From positions 544,001 to 608,000 of the forward strand of contig CBDCYI010000011.1 of assembly GCA_965224085.1 (NCBI GenBank): DNA of 64,000 nucleotides. The letters are read 5' to 3'. A program made the translations under genes and the position numbers. The first letter of the stretch is position 1. The number at the start of each line of letters is the position of its first letter. Below the pieces are notes generated by a model, which was given only the letters and a program-made list of their open reading frames with translations, made no database searches and was not told the origin of the DNA. Below are positions 38,450-48,445 of the stretch, piece by piece. This DNA is from Candidatus Marinacidobacterales bacterium. GTDB lineage: Bacteria > Acidobacteriota > Vicinamibacteria > Marinacidobacterales > SMYC01.

Positions 38450-38645
38450 TTTGATCACACTAGCGATTGGCAGAGGCTTCTTTCCTCTCCACCGAAGGAC
38501 AGGAAAAATCATAACATCATTCCAGGCGATCGACAGGAAATGTAGTCAGGAAGTCGCAATCGGCCGTATATTAGCGCCGTATGCTGGAGCGTGATGCCTT
38601 ATTCGGCAACAATGGACAGAACACAGGAATGATCAAGAAAGGACG

Positions 38646-41600
38646 ATGCCAATGCCAGGTAAGACTTCGTACTTTGTCGTAGCCCTCCTCGCCTGCGCTG
38701 CGGTCGCCTCCTCGGGCGTCGCCCAGCAGGCCGATTCAGAGGAGCCGCTGCCTCTTCAGCCGACCCGTACCATCCGCTTCACCACCGACGAGGGAACCTG
38801 GATCTCCCTGGACATCTCCCCCGATGGAAGCACCATCGTTTTCGACCTGCTGGGCGACCTCTACGTCCTCCCGATCGCCGGCGGCACCGCCACGCGCATC
38901 ACGAGCGGGATGGCCTTCGACGCCCAGCCGCGCTACTCGCCCGATGGCCAGACGATCGTCTTCGTGAGCGACCGCTCCGGGTCCCACAACGTCTGGCTCG
39001 CCGACGCCGATGGGCAAAACCCCCGCCCCGTCACCCGCGAGGTAGACATTCAGTTCGTCTCCCCGGAGTGGACCCCGGACGGCCGCGGCATCGTCGTTTC
39101 CAAGGGAAAGGGGGTCACGGAGGTCATGTACGGCCTCCATCAGTACCTGCTGGGAGGGGGCACCGGCGTCGCGCTAGCCGGCGGCAAGGGCAACGAACCT
39201 TACGACAACTACGTCGGTGCGGCGTTCGGCCCCGACCCAAGCTACCTCTACACCGCTGTGGCAACCGGAGGGTGGTCGACGATCTGGCAGGTTGCGACCT
39301 TCGACCGGGAGAGCGGGCACACCGACGTGCTGACGAACGAGCTGCGGAGCGCGATGCGGCCGGCCATCAGCCCCGATGGGAAGTATCTCCTCTTCGCCAC
39401 CCGTCACGACGCGGTCACCGCGCTCAAGCTGCGCGAGCTCGGGACCGGAGACGAGCGGTGGCTCGCACAGGAAGTGCAGTTCGACCTGCAGGACTCGCGC
39501 CCGACCCGCGACGTGATGCCAGGAATGTCCTTCACTCCTGATGGCAGGGCGCTCGTCGCGTCCTACGACGGGAAGATCTGGCGGATCGAGGTGCCGTCCG
39601 GTACGGCCATGCCGATCCCGTTCACGGCGGACGTCGAGCAACAGCTCGGCCCGCTGGTCAAGTTCGATTATCCGTTCGACGACTCGAGGCTGACGCTCCG
39701 ACGCATCCAGGACCCCCGGCCCTCCCCCGACGGGCAGCGCCTCGCCTTCTCCGCACTCGATCGGCTGTGGGTGATGGAACTGCCAGGCGGTGCACCTCGC
39801 CGATTGACGAACCGAGAGACGGGAGAGTTCAAGCCCGCTTGGTCGCCCGACGGCCGGTACATCGCCTATGTCACCTGGAACGATACGGATGGTGGCGACG
39901 TCTACCGCGCTCGCGCGGATGGCTCCGTAGCGCCGGAGCGCCTGACACGGGAGAGCGCCTACTACAAGGGGGTGACCTACACGCCCGAGGGCAGCCGGCT
40001 CATGCTGCTCCGCGCCCCGCGCCGGGCGCGGACGCTCCAGGTCGGGCCGTCCCGTCTGCAGCTCGCCTGGATGTCCGCCGACGGCGGCGATCTGACCGAG
40101 ATCCATCGCCCCGGCCAGTATGGCTCGCCGCACTTCACCTCGGAGGGCGACCGCGTTCACGTCTACGATCGCGCCGAGGGGTTGATCTCGATGCGCTGGG
40201 ACGGCACCGACGTCAAGTCGATCCTCGAGGTCACCGGCAGCATCACTCCCAGCAGGCCGGAGGTCGAACCGCCCGCTCAGGAGATCCTCCTCTCGCCGCG
40301 CGGCGATCGGGCGCTCGCGCTGGTGGGCAACGATCTTTATCTGGTGACGTTGCCGATGCCGGGTTCTGCCGTAACGCTGTCGATCGTGAACCCTTCCGAG
40401 GCGCCGCTACCCGTGAGGCGGCTCACGAACATCACGGCGGAGTTCCCCGGATGGAGTCCCGACGGCGGAACCGTCCACTACTCGCTGGGCCGGACATTCT
40501 TCATCCACGACGTGGCGACGGCTGAGAACCCGGAGACGACTGTGGTCACGATAACGGTCCCGCGCGACCGGCCATCCGGCACGCTCGTCCTCCGCGGTGC
40601 CCGCATCGTGACGATGCGGGGGGACGAGGTGCTCAAAAACGGCGACCTGGTGGTCACTGACAACCGCATCACTGCGGTCGGTGCGCGCGGGCAGGTCGAC
40701 GCCCCCGCCGACGCGCGTGTGATCGACGTCTCCGGCAAGACGATCCTTCCGGGTTACGTCGATATCCACGCCCACATGCGTCCCGCCGCCGAGGTGCACC
40801 GCCCCCAGCCGTGGATGTACTTGGTGAACCTCGCCTACGGGGTCACCACCAGCCGGGACCCATCGGCCTCACCCGACGTCTTCTCGTACGCCGACCTCGT
40901 CGAGACCGGGGCGCTGCTGGGCCCGCGGATCTTCTCGACCGGCCCTTCGCTCTCCGAGAACGTGCCTCTCGAGAGCCTCGACGACGCCCGAAACATCCTC
41001 CGTCCATTCGCAGAGTATCTCGGCACCGAGACCGTGAAGCAGTACACGATCGGGAGCCGCAGGGCCCGCCAGTGGTTCAACATCGCTGCCCGGGAGAGCG
41101 GGCTCACGCCGACGGTCGAGACGTACGCGGACTTCCAGAAGAACCTGACCGAGGTGATCGACGGCTACGCCGGCCTCGAGCACAAGCTCCACATCTTCCC
41201 GATGGCGCAGGACGTTATCCAGCTGCTCGTGCAGGCTGGAGTCACCAACACGCCGACGTTTTTCGTCAGCAACACGACGGTGGGCGCCGGCGAGTGGTTC
41301 TACTCCATCGAAGGATTCGACCTCCACGACGACCCGAAGTTCAGGCGTTTCACCCCGCATCCCGTCCTCGACCGCAACCTCCTGCAACATCGCGTCATGC
41401 AGTGGCAGCCCCCATACGAGTACGTCTATCAGCGCCAGGCGGCCGAGCTACGCAAGCTCGTCGAGGCGGGCGGACGCGTCGCTCTCGGCTCCCACGGCGA
41501 CCTTCAGGGGCTGGGCGCCCACGTCGAGTTGTGGGCGATCGCCAGCGGCGGGATGCGGCCGCACGACGTATTGCGGGCCGGCACGATCTTCGGAGCCGAG

Positions 41601-41825
41601 GCCATCGGGCACGGGGCGCACGTCGGCTCCCTGGAGCCGGGAAAGCTCGCGGACCTTCAGGTATTGGACGCGAATCCCTTGGAGGACATCCGCAAAACCA
41701 ACACGATTCGCTACGTGATGAAGAACGGCCGGCTCTACGAGGCAGACACGCTCAACGAGATCTGGCCCCGGGAGAGGGAGCTGCCGGAGCAGTGGTGGTG
41801 GAGAATCGATCCGAAGGAGGAGTGA
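38646..41825 (+). CDS. TolB/PD40 beta-propeller-amidohydrolase fusion, exported
   Basis: TDEGTWISLDISPDG, many SPDG blades, PGYVDIHAH, VKQY, GLEH, LGSHG, GKLADL. Confidence 0.92.
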   Translation: MPMPGKTSYFVVALLACAAVASSGVAQQADSEEPLPLQPTRTIRFTTDEGTWISLDISPDGSTIVFDLLGDLYVLPIAGGTATRITSGMAFDAQPRYSPDGQTIVFVSDRSGSHNVWLADADGQNPRPVTREVDIQFVSPEWTPDGRGIVVSKGKGVTEVMYGLHQYLLGGGTGVALAGGKGNEPYDNYVGAAFGPDPSYLYTAVATGGWSTIWQVATFDRESGHTDVLTNELRSAMRPAISPDGKYLLFATRHDAVTALKLRELGTGDERWLAQEVQFDLQDSRPTRDVMPGMSFTPDGRALVASYDGKIWRIEVPSGTAMPIPFTADVEQQLGPLVKFDYPFDDSRLTLRRIQDPRPSPDGQRLAFSALDRLWVMELPGGAPRRLTNRETGEFKPAWSPDGRYIAYVTWNDTDGGDVYRARADGSVAPERLTRESAYYKGVTYTPEGSRLMLLRAPRRARTLQVGPSRLQLAWMSADGGDLTEIHRPGQYGSPHFTSEGDRVHVYDRAEGLISMRWDGTDVKSILEVTGSITPSRPEVEPPAQEILLSPRGDRALALVGNDLYLVTLPMPGSAVTLSIVNPSEAPLPVRRLTNITAEFPGWSPDGGTVHYSLGRTFFIHDVATAENPETTVVTITVPRDRPSGTLVLRGARIVTMRGDEVLKNGDLVVTDNRITAVGARGQVDAPADARVIDVSGKTILPGYVDIHAHMRPAAEVHRPQPWMYLVNLAYGVTTSRDPSASPDVFSYADLVETGALLGPRIFSTGPSLSENVPLESLDDARNILRPFAEYLGTETVKQYTIGSRRARQWFNIAARESGLTPTVETYADFQKNLTEVIDGYAGLEHKLHIFPMAQDVIQLLVQAGVTNTPTFFVSNTTVGAGEWFYSIEGFDLHDDPKFRRFTPHPVLDRNLLQHRVMQWQPPYEYVYQRQAAELRKLVEAGGRVALGSHGDLQGLGAHVELWAIASGGMRPHDVLRAGTIFGAEAIGHGAHVGSLEPGKLADLQVLDANPLEDIRKTNTIRYVMKNGRLYEADTLNEIWPRERELPEQWWWRIDPKEE

Positions 41826-41877
41826 CGGTTGTTTTCCTGTATAGTAGCGAAGCTCAGGCCCTTTTAGGGGGGGAACG

Positions 41878-43394
41878 ATGGAAGATAGATACGTACCTTT
41901 GGCGTTGTTACTTTGTTTCGTCCTGGCGGTTCCTCTTGTCTCGGCGCAAGACACGACCGCCATCGTAGGCGCGACTCTCATCGATGGTACCGGTCGTGAG
42001 CCAGTTACCGACGGCGCCATCGTCATCGAGGGCAGCCGGATCGCGGCGGTCGGGCCCCGCTCCCAGGTGATGATCCCGGCGGGAGCCCGGGTGGTGGACG
42101 CCAGCGGAAAGTTCATCACACCAGGCCTCATCGACGTCAATGTGCATCTGATCTTGACGATTATCCCCGATTTTTATGTCAAGTACGAGGATCGACTCGA
42201 GCAGATCGTGATTGAGTCGGCGCAGATCGCCCTCAAGTATGGTGTCACCACGGTGCGTGACTCCTGGGGTCCTCTCGAGCCACTGCTGCGAGCCCGGGAT
42301 CGGATCAATGCGGGTGAGAAGGTCGCAAGCCGCATGCTGGTGGCGGGAAACATCGTCGGCCTTGACGGTCCATTCAGTCAGTTCTTCCTGGGTGCGCGGG
42401 GCGCCGGAGTCTCCCCCCTTGTTCAGGAGAGGATCAACGCCACCTGGGAGGAAAACGTCGGCACTAACCTTCTCGCGATGCGTCCCGAGGAGGTGCGCCA
42501 GGAGATGCGCAAGTACCTAGCCCGTGGGGTCGATTTCGTGAAGGTAGCGATCTCAGCCCACGGCGTACGGGGGGAGCCGCTGATGTTCTCGCCCGAGGTG
42601 CTAAGGGTCATCGCCGAGGAAGTGCATGCGGCGGGAAAGATTTACGAGACCCACACCGCCACTGCCGAGAGCCTCAGGGTGGCCATAGAGTCGGGAGCCG
42701 ACCTCCTTCAGCATCCCGAGGTCTTGCGCGATGGCGAGGGTAATAACCTGGAGATTCCCGACGACCTGATCGCGCTGATCAAGGAAAAGAACATATTTTG
42801 CGGGATTATGACCAGGTTTAGCTACCCCGACATGCTCGAAGAGCAAGGCTCCAAATACCCCGAATGGTTCGCAAAGATGAGCCCGAGTCGGTATGAAAGG
42901 GAGGCTTTTGAGCCACGGGCCAATAATGCCCGAAAGCTCATCGCGGCTGGTGTCCGCGTCGCTTTGGCCACTGATATGGGACCGCAGGTCTGGGAACTGG
43001 CCTATCGACCGTTTTCACCGATGCTAGGGAGAATGCACTTCGAGACCATGGAGGATTACCAATCAGCGGGGCTGAGCCCGATGCAAGTTCTGGTTGCATC
43101 AACCAAGACCGGAGCCGAGGCGTCCCAGATGGAGGAGCATCTCGGTACGCTTGAAGTCGGCAAGATCGCATCCTGATTGTCTCATCCCGATGAGTCCGAT
43201 TCTGTCGGCGCGAGGACCCGCTGGAGGACATCTCCAACATGCGGAAGATCGATCAAGTGATCAAGGAAGGGAAGTTCATCGACCGTGACAAACTTCCGGA
43301 GACCTCGATCCTGCAGTTCGACCCTGAAGGGGAGTTCGGCGATTACATGAAGAAGAGGAAGAATTCGAGGGGCAACCAATCCAGAAGGAGGTAA
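41878..43394 (+). pseudogene. Subfamily B NxH amidohydrolase (AH13) interrupted near the 3' end by a templated 36-nt segment
   Basis: DVNVH, KVAISAH, YETH, LQHP, ATDMG. Stop at 43176; the C-terminus resumes out of frame at 43212 (EDPLEDISN...RRR*). Confidence 0.8.
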
Positions 43395-43403
43395 CTCGGT
43401 GTC

Positions 43404-44943
43404 GTGATGAGATACAAATACTTGCTCAGCGCGCTCCTACTTTATTGTCTCATCCCGATGAGTCCGATTCTGTCGGCGCAAGACACTACCGCCATCGTCG
43501 GTGCGACGCTCATCGACGGCACCGGGCGTGAGCCGGTTCCCGACAGCGCCATCGTCATCGAGGGCACCCGCATCACCGCCGTCGGGCCCCGCTCCCAGGT
43601 GATGATCCCGGCGGGAGCCCGAGTTGTAGACGCTACGGGCAAGTACGTGACCCCCGGCCTCATCGACGTCAACGTGCACCTGATCCTGACGATTTTCCCC
43701 GACTTTTACGTCAAGTACGAGGACCAACTAGAGGAGATCATCATTGAGGGGGCGCAGATCGCCCTCAAGTACGGTGTCACTACGGTGCGGGACTCCTGGG
43801 GTCCCCTGGAGCCGCTGCTGCGAGCCCGGGATCGGATCAATGCGGGTGAGAAGGTTGGTAGCCGTCTGCTGGTGGCGGGAAACATCGTCGGCCTTGGAGG
43901 GCCTTTCAGTGAGTACTTCATATTCCGGCGAGATTCTGGTGAATCTGCTGGGATCGGCGCCTGGGTCTCACCGCTCGTTCAGGAGAGGATCAACGCCATC
44001 TGGGAGGAGAACGTCGGGCCGGGCCTTCTCACGATGCGTCCCGAGGAGGTGCGCCAGGAGATGCGCAAGTACCTGGCGCGGGGTGTGGACTTCGTGAAGG
44101 TAGCGGTTTCAGCCCACGGCGTGGTGGGGCAGCCGCTGATGTTCACGCCCGAGGTGCTGAAGGTGATCGCCGAGGAGGTGCACGCGGCCGGATCGAGTCG
44201 GGAGTCGACCTCCTTGCTCAGCGCGCTCCTACTTTATTGTCTCAAAGATCTACGAGACCCACACCGTTACCCCCGAGAGCCTCAGGCTAGCGATCGAGTC
44301 GGGAGTCGACCTCCTCCAGCACCCCGAGGTCCTGGAAAATCGAGAGATCCCCAACGACCTGGTCGCGCTGATCAAGGAGAAGAACATATTTTGTGGGATT
44401 TTAACCAGGTTCAGTAACCCGAAGAGGATCGTAGAAGAGCGATCGAAATACCCATACTGGTACCGAGGCATGGACCCGAGCTCGTACGAGCAATGGCACA
44501 AGAATGTCTACAAGCTGATCGCGGCTGGCGTCCGAGTGGCGATGGCCACCGATATGGGCCCACAGGCCTGGGAGTTAGCCTATCGAGGCACGTCGCCGAT
44601 CCTTGGGAGAATGCACTTCGAGACCATGGAAGACTACCAAACTGCAGGGATGAGCCCGATGCAAGTTCTGGTTGCATCAACCAAGACCGGAGCCGAGGCG
44701 TCCCAGATGGAAGAGGATCTCGGCATCCTCGAGGTGGGTAAGATCGCCGACCTGCTCGTTGTGAATGAGGACCCGCTGGAGGACATCTCCAACATGCGAA
44801 AGATCGATCAAGTGATGAAGGAAGGGAAGCTCATCGACCGCGACAAACTTCCTGAGACCTCGATCATGCAGTTTGATCCTGAAGGGGAATTCGGCGATTA
44901 CATGAAGAAGAGGTCAACGAGCAACAAACCCTTGAGGAGGTAA
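43404..44943 (+). pseudogene. Subfamily B NxH amidohydrolase (AH14) frameshifted by a 52-nt composite insertion (44192-44243)
   Basis: Removing 44192-44243 restores HAAGKIYETH and a continuous AH4/AH13-like frame. Confidence 0.82.
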
Positions 44944-44946
44944 CGA

Positions 44947-47172
44947 TTGAATCCCGCGACGAATTTCCGCGCCGGTGCGCTGGCCGGCATGTTGATGCTC
45001 TGCCCTTTGCCGGCGGCGGCTCAGCAGCAGCGGCCCACACTGGAGCAATTCCTCAGCGCCCCCTTCGCGACGGAGCTGATCGCCGCGCCGGTCGGCGGCA
45101 AGGTGGCCTGGGTCGAGAACGTGCTCGGCGCTCGGAACATCTGGATTGCGGAGCCGCCGGACTACCAGGGACGGCAAGTTACCCGCTATTCCGGTGATGA
45201 TGGCAAGTATCTCGTGCAGCTCGCGTTCACACCGGACGGCAACACTATTGCCTTCGTGCGCGGTGGCGCCCACATGGGAACGCGCCTGCCCGAGCCCCCT
45301 GATCCGACGCTGGATCCGGCAGGTGGCAAGGAAGAAGTCTGGATGGTTTCGACGTCCGGCGGCGAGCCGTCGCGCATAGACGACGGCTTCTGGCCTGCCG
45401 TTTCGCCGAGCGGGAAGCTGGTCGCATACTTCAAGCGAGGTCAGATCTGGGCGGCGCCACTTACCAAGACCGCGAACGGCATGACGGCTGGCGCACCGCG
45501 TCTATTGATCCGCGACCGTGGGACCGCGGTGCCGGCAGGGGTCTTCGGCAATGCGACGTCGCTACGCTGGTCGCCCACCAGCGATCGTCTCGCGTTCGTG
45601 AGCTCCCGCGATCAGCACAGTTTCATCGGCGTCTACGACGACGACGCCCACTCGCTTGCGTTCCTCGATCCATCCACCGATCACGATCAGGAGGTGATCT
45701 GGTCACCCGACGGAGCGCGCGTCGCGTTCATTCGCGTGCCGTCGTCACCCGGTGAGCTTACGGGGCCGCAGCGCGAAGCACTCCCATGGTCGGTTCGGGT
45801 GGCGGATGCGAAGACCGGCAAGGGCCGGGAGGTGTGGCGCTCCACGAGGGGCGTGGGGAGCCGTTTTTGGGGTTTCATGAACAACGAGCGTCAGCTCTTC
45901 TGGGGCGAGGGTGATCGTATCGCGTTCCCCTGGGAGCGTAGCGGTTGGGTCCACCTCTACTCCGTGCCGGCGGCAGGCGGCGACGCGATTGAATTGACAC
46001 CGGGTGAGTTCGAGGTGGAGCACGTCGCCATTTCGCCCAATGGGCGGGAGCTCATCTTCTCGTCGAATCAAGGCGACATCGATCGCCGGCACCTCTGGCG
46101 CGTGGCGATCACGGGGGGTCCGCTGCAGGCGGTCACCTCCGGAACGGGAATCGAGTACTGGCCCGTGATCACTGCGGATTCTGCCGCGCTCGCGTTTCTC
46201 GCGTCCGGCGGCAAGGTTCCGCCGCGGGCCGAGCTGGTGCGCCTCCCGGCGCGGAATGGCGCAGGGGCGAGAGTGGCCGGACGAAAGCTACTCGCGCAAG
46301 GCATTGCGCCGCCGCAGTTCCCCGCGGCCGCGCTGGTGGAACCGCAACAGGTAATCTTCCCCTCCGCCGATGGGTTCGAGATCCACGGGCAGCTCTTCCT
46401 CCCGCCGGACTACCGGCCTGACCAGACGTACCCGGCCGTGCTGTACCTCCACGGCGGCTCCCGTTCCCAAATGCTGCTCGGCTACCACTACCACCGCTTC
46501 GATTACTACCAGAAGGTGTACGGGCTGAATCAGTACCTCGCCAGCCAGGGCTACATCGTCGTCTCAATCAACTACAGGAGCGGCACCGGCTATGGAATGA
46601 AGTTCCGCGAAGCGGAGAACTACGGGGTGCGTGGCGCCTCGGAGGTACGCGACGTGATCGCCGGCGGACATTACCTGCGCAGCCGGAAGGACGTTGATCC
46701 CAATCGGATCGGGCTCTGGGGCGGCTCCTACGGTGGCTATCTCACCGGCATGGGCCTGGCTCGCGCGTCGCACATCTTCGCGGCCGGCTTTGATCTGCAC
46801 GGCGTGCACTCCTGGGATGCGCGAGTGCAGTTCTCTCCCTTCAGCCAGCTCACCGCGTCAGAGCGGGAGCAGGTGAGGGAGGTGGCCCGTCAGTCGTCGC
46901 CGCTCGGCAACGTGGACACCTGGCGCTCGCCGGCGCTCTTCGTGAGCGGCGACGACGACCGCAACGTCCAGTTCAACCAGATGGTCGCCCTGGTGGCTGC
47001 CCTCCGCAAGCGTGGCGTGGAAGTGGAGGAGCTGGTCTTCCCCAACGAGGTCCACTCGTTCCTGTTGCATTCCAGCTGGCTGCGCGCGTTCCGGGCTGCG
47101 GCGGATTTCTTTGATCGGAAGCTCAAGCACCGCACGACCCTGAGCGGGCAGGAGGATCGACGATTTCGGTGA
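44947..47172 (+). CDS. S9 family peptidase, exported
   Basis: Signal peptide, LHGG, NYRSGTGYG, WGGSYGG, GDDDRNV, NEVH. Confidence 0.92.
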   Translation: MNPATNFRAGALAGMLMLCPLPAAAQQQRPTLEQFLSAPFATELIAAPVGGKVAWVENVLGARNIWIAEPPDYQGRQVTRYSGDDGKYLVQLAFTPDGNTIAFVRGGAHMGTRLPEPPDPTLDPAGGKEEVWMVSTSGGEPSRIDDGFWPAVSPSGKLVAYFKRGQIWAAPLTKTANGMTAGAPRLLIRDRGTAVPAGVFGNATSLRWSPTSDRLAFVSSRDQHSFIGVYDDDAHSLAFLDPSTDHDQEVIWSPDGARVAFIRVPSSPGELTGPQREALPWSVRVADAKTGKGREVWRSTRGVGSRFWGFMNNERQLFWGEGDRIAFPWERSGWVHLYSVPAAGGDAIELTPGEFEVEHVAISPNGRELIFSSNQGDIDRRHLWRVAITGGPLQAVTSGTGIEYWPVITADSAALAFLASGGKVPPRAELVRLPARNGAGARVAGRKLLAQGIAPPQFPAAALVEPQQVIFPSADGFEIHGQLFLPPDYRPDQTYPAVLYLHGGSRSQMLLGYHYHRFDYYQKVYGLNQYLASQGYIVVSINYRSGTGYGMKFREAENYGVRGASEVRDVIAGGHYLRSRKDVDPNRIGLWGGSYGGYLTGMGLARASHIFAAGFDLHGVHSWDARVQFSPFSQLTASEREQVREVARQSSPLGNVDTWRSPALFVSGDDDRNVQFNQMVALVAALRKRGVEVEELVFPNEVHSFLLHSSWLRAFRAAADFFDRKLKHRTTLSGQEDRRFR

Positions 47173-47185
47173 AACCGTAGTCCCT

Positions 47186-48442
47186 ATGAGTTTCGCTCGA
47201 GCCCTTCGTTGTCTCGACTGCGAGGCCACCTTTCCCTCGACGCTCTTTCGATACCGTTGCGAGCGGTGCGAGGGCTTCCTCGGCGTGCGTTACGATTACG
47301 AGGAAATAAAGTCGGCCATTTCGTTGACCGACATCACCTCCTGCGGAACGGCGACGCCGATCGAGCGGTGGCGGCCGTTTCTTCCCATCGAGCGGCCCGA
47401 GCTCGTCGACGTGGTGACGCTCGGAGAAAGAGAGACGCCCTTGCTCTCCTGCGGGCGGCTTGGCGAGCGCCTCGGACTGGACGAGCTCTGGATCAAGAAC
47501 GAGTCGGCGTTTCCGACCGGCTCTCTCAAGGATCGGTCGATGCCGCTGATGACGCTCAAGGCCCTGGAGTATGGCCGAAGCACGGTGGCGATCGTCTCTT
47601 CTGGTAACGCCGCGGCTTCGCTCGCCGCCTATGCAGCGGGAGCAGGGCTCAAAGCGGTGGTCTTCGTTCGTGCCGAAGCTTCCCCTTCGAAGCTGGCGAA
47701 GATCGCCATCTACGATCCGATCTTCGTGCGGGTGCGCTCCCACCTCGCCGACATCGGCCGGCTCTTCGATGAGCTCGTCGACGAGCTCGGTTGGTTCGAC
47801 TGCGACGGCATGGTCAATCCGTTCCGCTGCGAGGGAAAGAAGACCTGCGCCTTCGAGATCGCCCTCCAGCTCGGCTGGCGGGCGCCCGACGTCGTTCTGA
47901 TCCCGACGTCCTCGGGCAACGGCATGGTTGCCGCGCACCTGGGCTTCAAGGAGCTTCTCACGCTCGGTCTCATCGAGAAGATGCCGCGCCTGGTTGGCGT
48001 GCAGTTCGAAGCTTGCTCGCCGATCGCACAAGCGTTCGAGGCGGGAGCTGACAAAGTCGAGGCCATCGTGCCGAGTCCCAGCGTCTCGGACACGCTGCTC
48101 AACGGGAGTCCCGACGCCGGGGCGATGGTACTACGCGCCGCGCGCGAGACGGCAGGCACGGTGGTCACCGTCTCGGATGATGAGATGCTTCGCGCTCAGA
48201 GCGATCTTGCTCGCCGTGCCGGTATCTTTGCCGAGCCCGCGGGAGCGGTGGCTCTCGGGGCGGCCCGGAGGTTGGCCAAAACGGGAATGATTCGGAGCCC
48301 GGACACGGTCGTGTGCCTGGTAACCGGCCACGGACTCAACCAGCCCGACGTGGTGGAAGCGAATGTTGAGCCGCCGGAAGCTCTCGACCCCGACCTCGGC
48401 AGCATCCGCGGCTTCCTTTCGCGAACGTTGGACACCAGATAG
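47186..48442 (+). CDS. thrC: Threonine synthase-like PLP enzyme (fold type II); may be a catabolic paralog
   Basis: N-terminal CxxC...CxxC, PTGSLKDR (PLP Lys), SSGNAAASLAAYAA, NPFRCEGKKT, FAEPAG, VTGHG. Confidence 0.8.
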   Translation: MSFARALRCLDCEATFPSTLFRYRCERCEGFLGVRYDYEEIKSAISLTDITSCGTATPIERWRPFLPIERPELVDVVTLGERETPLLSCGRLGERLGLDELWIKNESAFPTGSLKDRSMPLMTLKALEYGRSTVAIVSSGNAAASLAAYAAGAGLKAVVFVRAEASPSKLAKIAIYDPIFVRVRSHLADIGRLFDELVDELGWFDCDGMVNPFRCEGKKTCAFEIALQLGWRAPDVVLIPTSSGNGMVAAHLGFKELLTLGLIEKMPRLVGVQFEACSPIAQAFEAGADKVEAIVPSPSVSDTLLNGSPDAGAMVLRAARETAGTVVTVSDDEMLRAQSDLARRAGIFAEPAGAVALGAARRLAKTGMIRSPDTVVCLVTGHGLNQPDVVEANVEPPEALDPDLGSIRGFLSRTLDTR

Positions 48443-48445
48443 ACG

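Noticed and set aside
43170-44320. Diversity-generating retroelement or CRISPR explanation for the short repeats
   Set aside because: The copies are exact with no adenine-specific changes, there is no reverse transcriptase or cas gene, and there is no regular repeat-spacer period.
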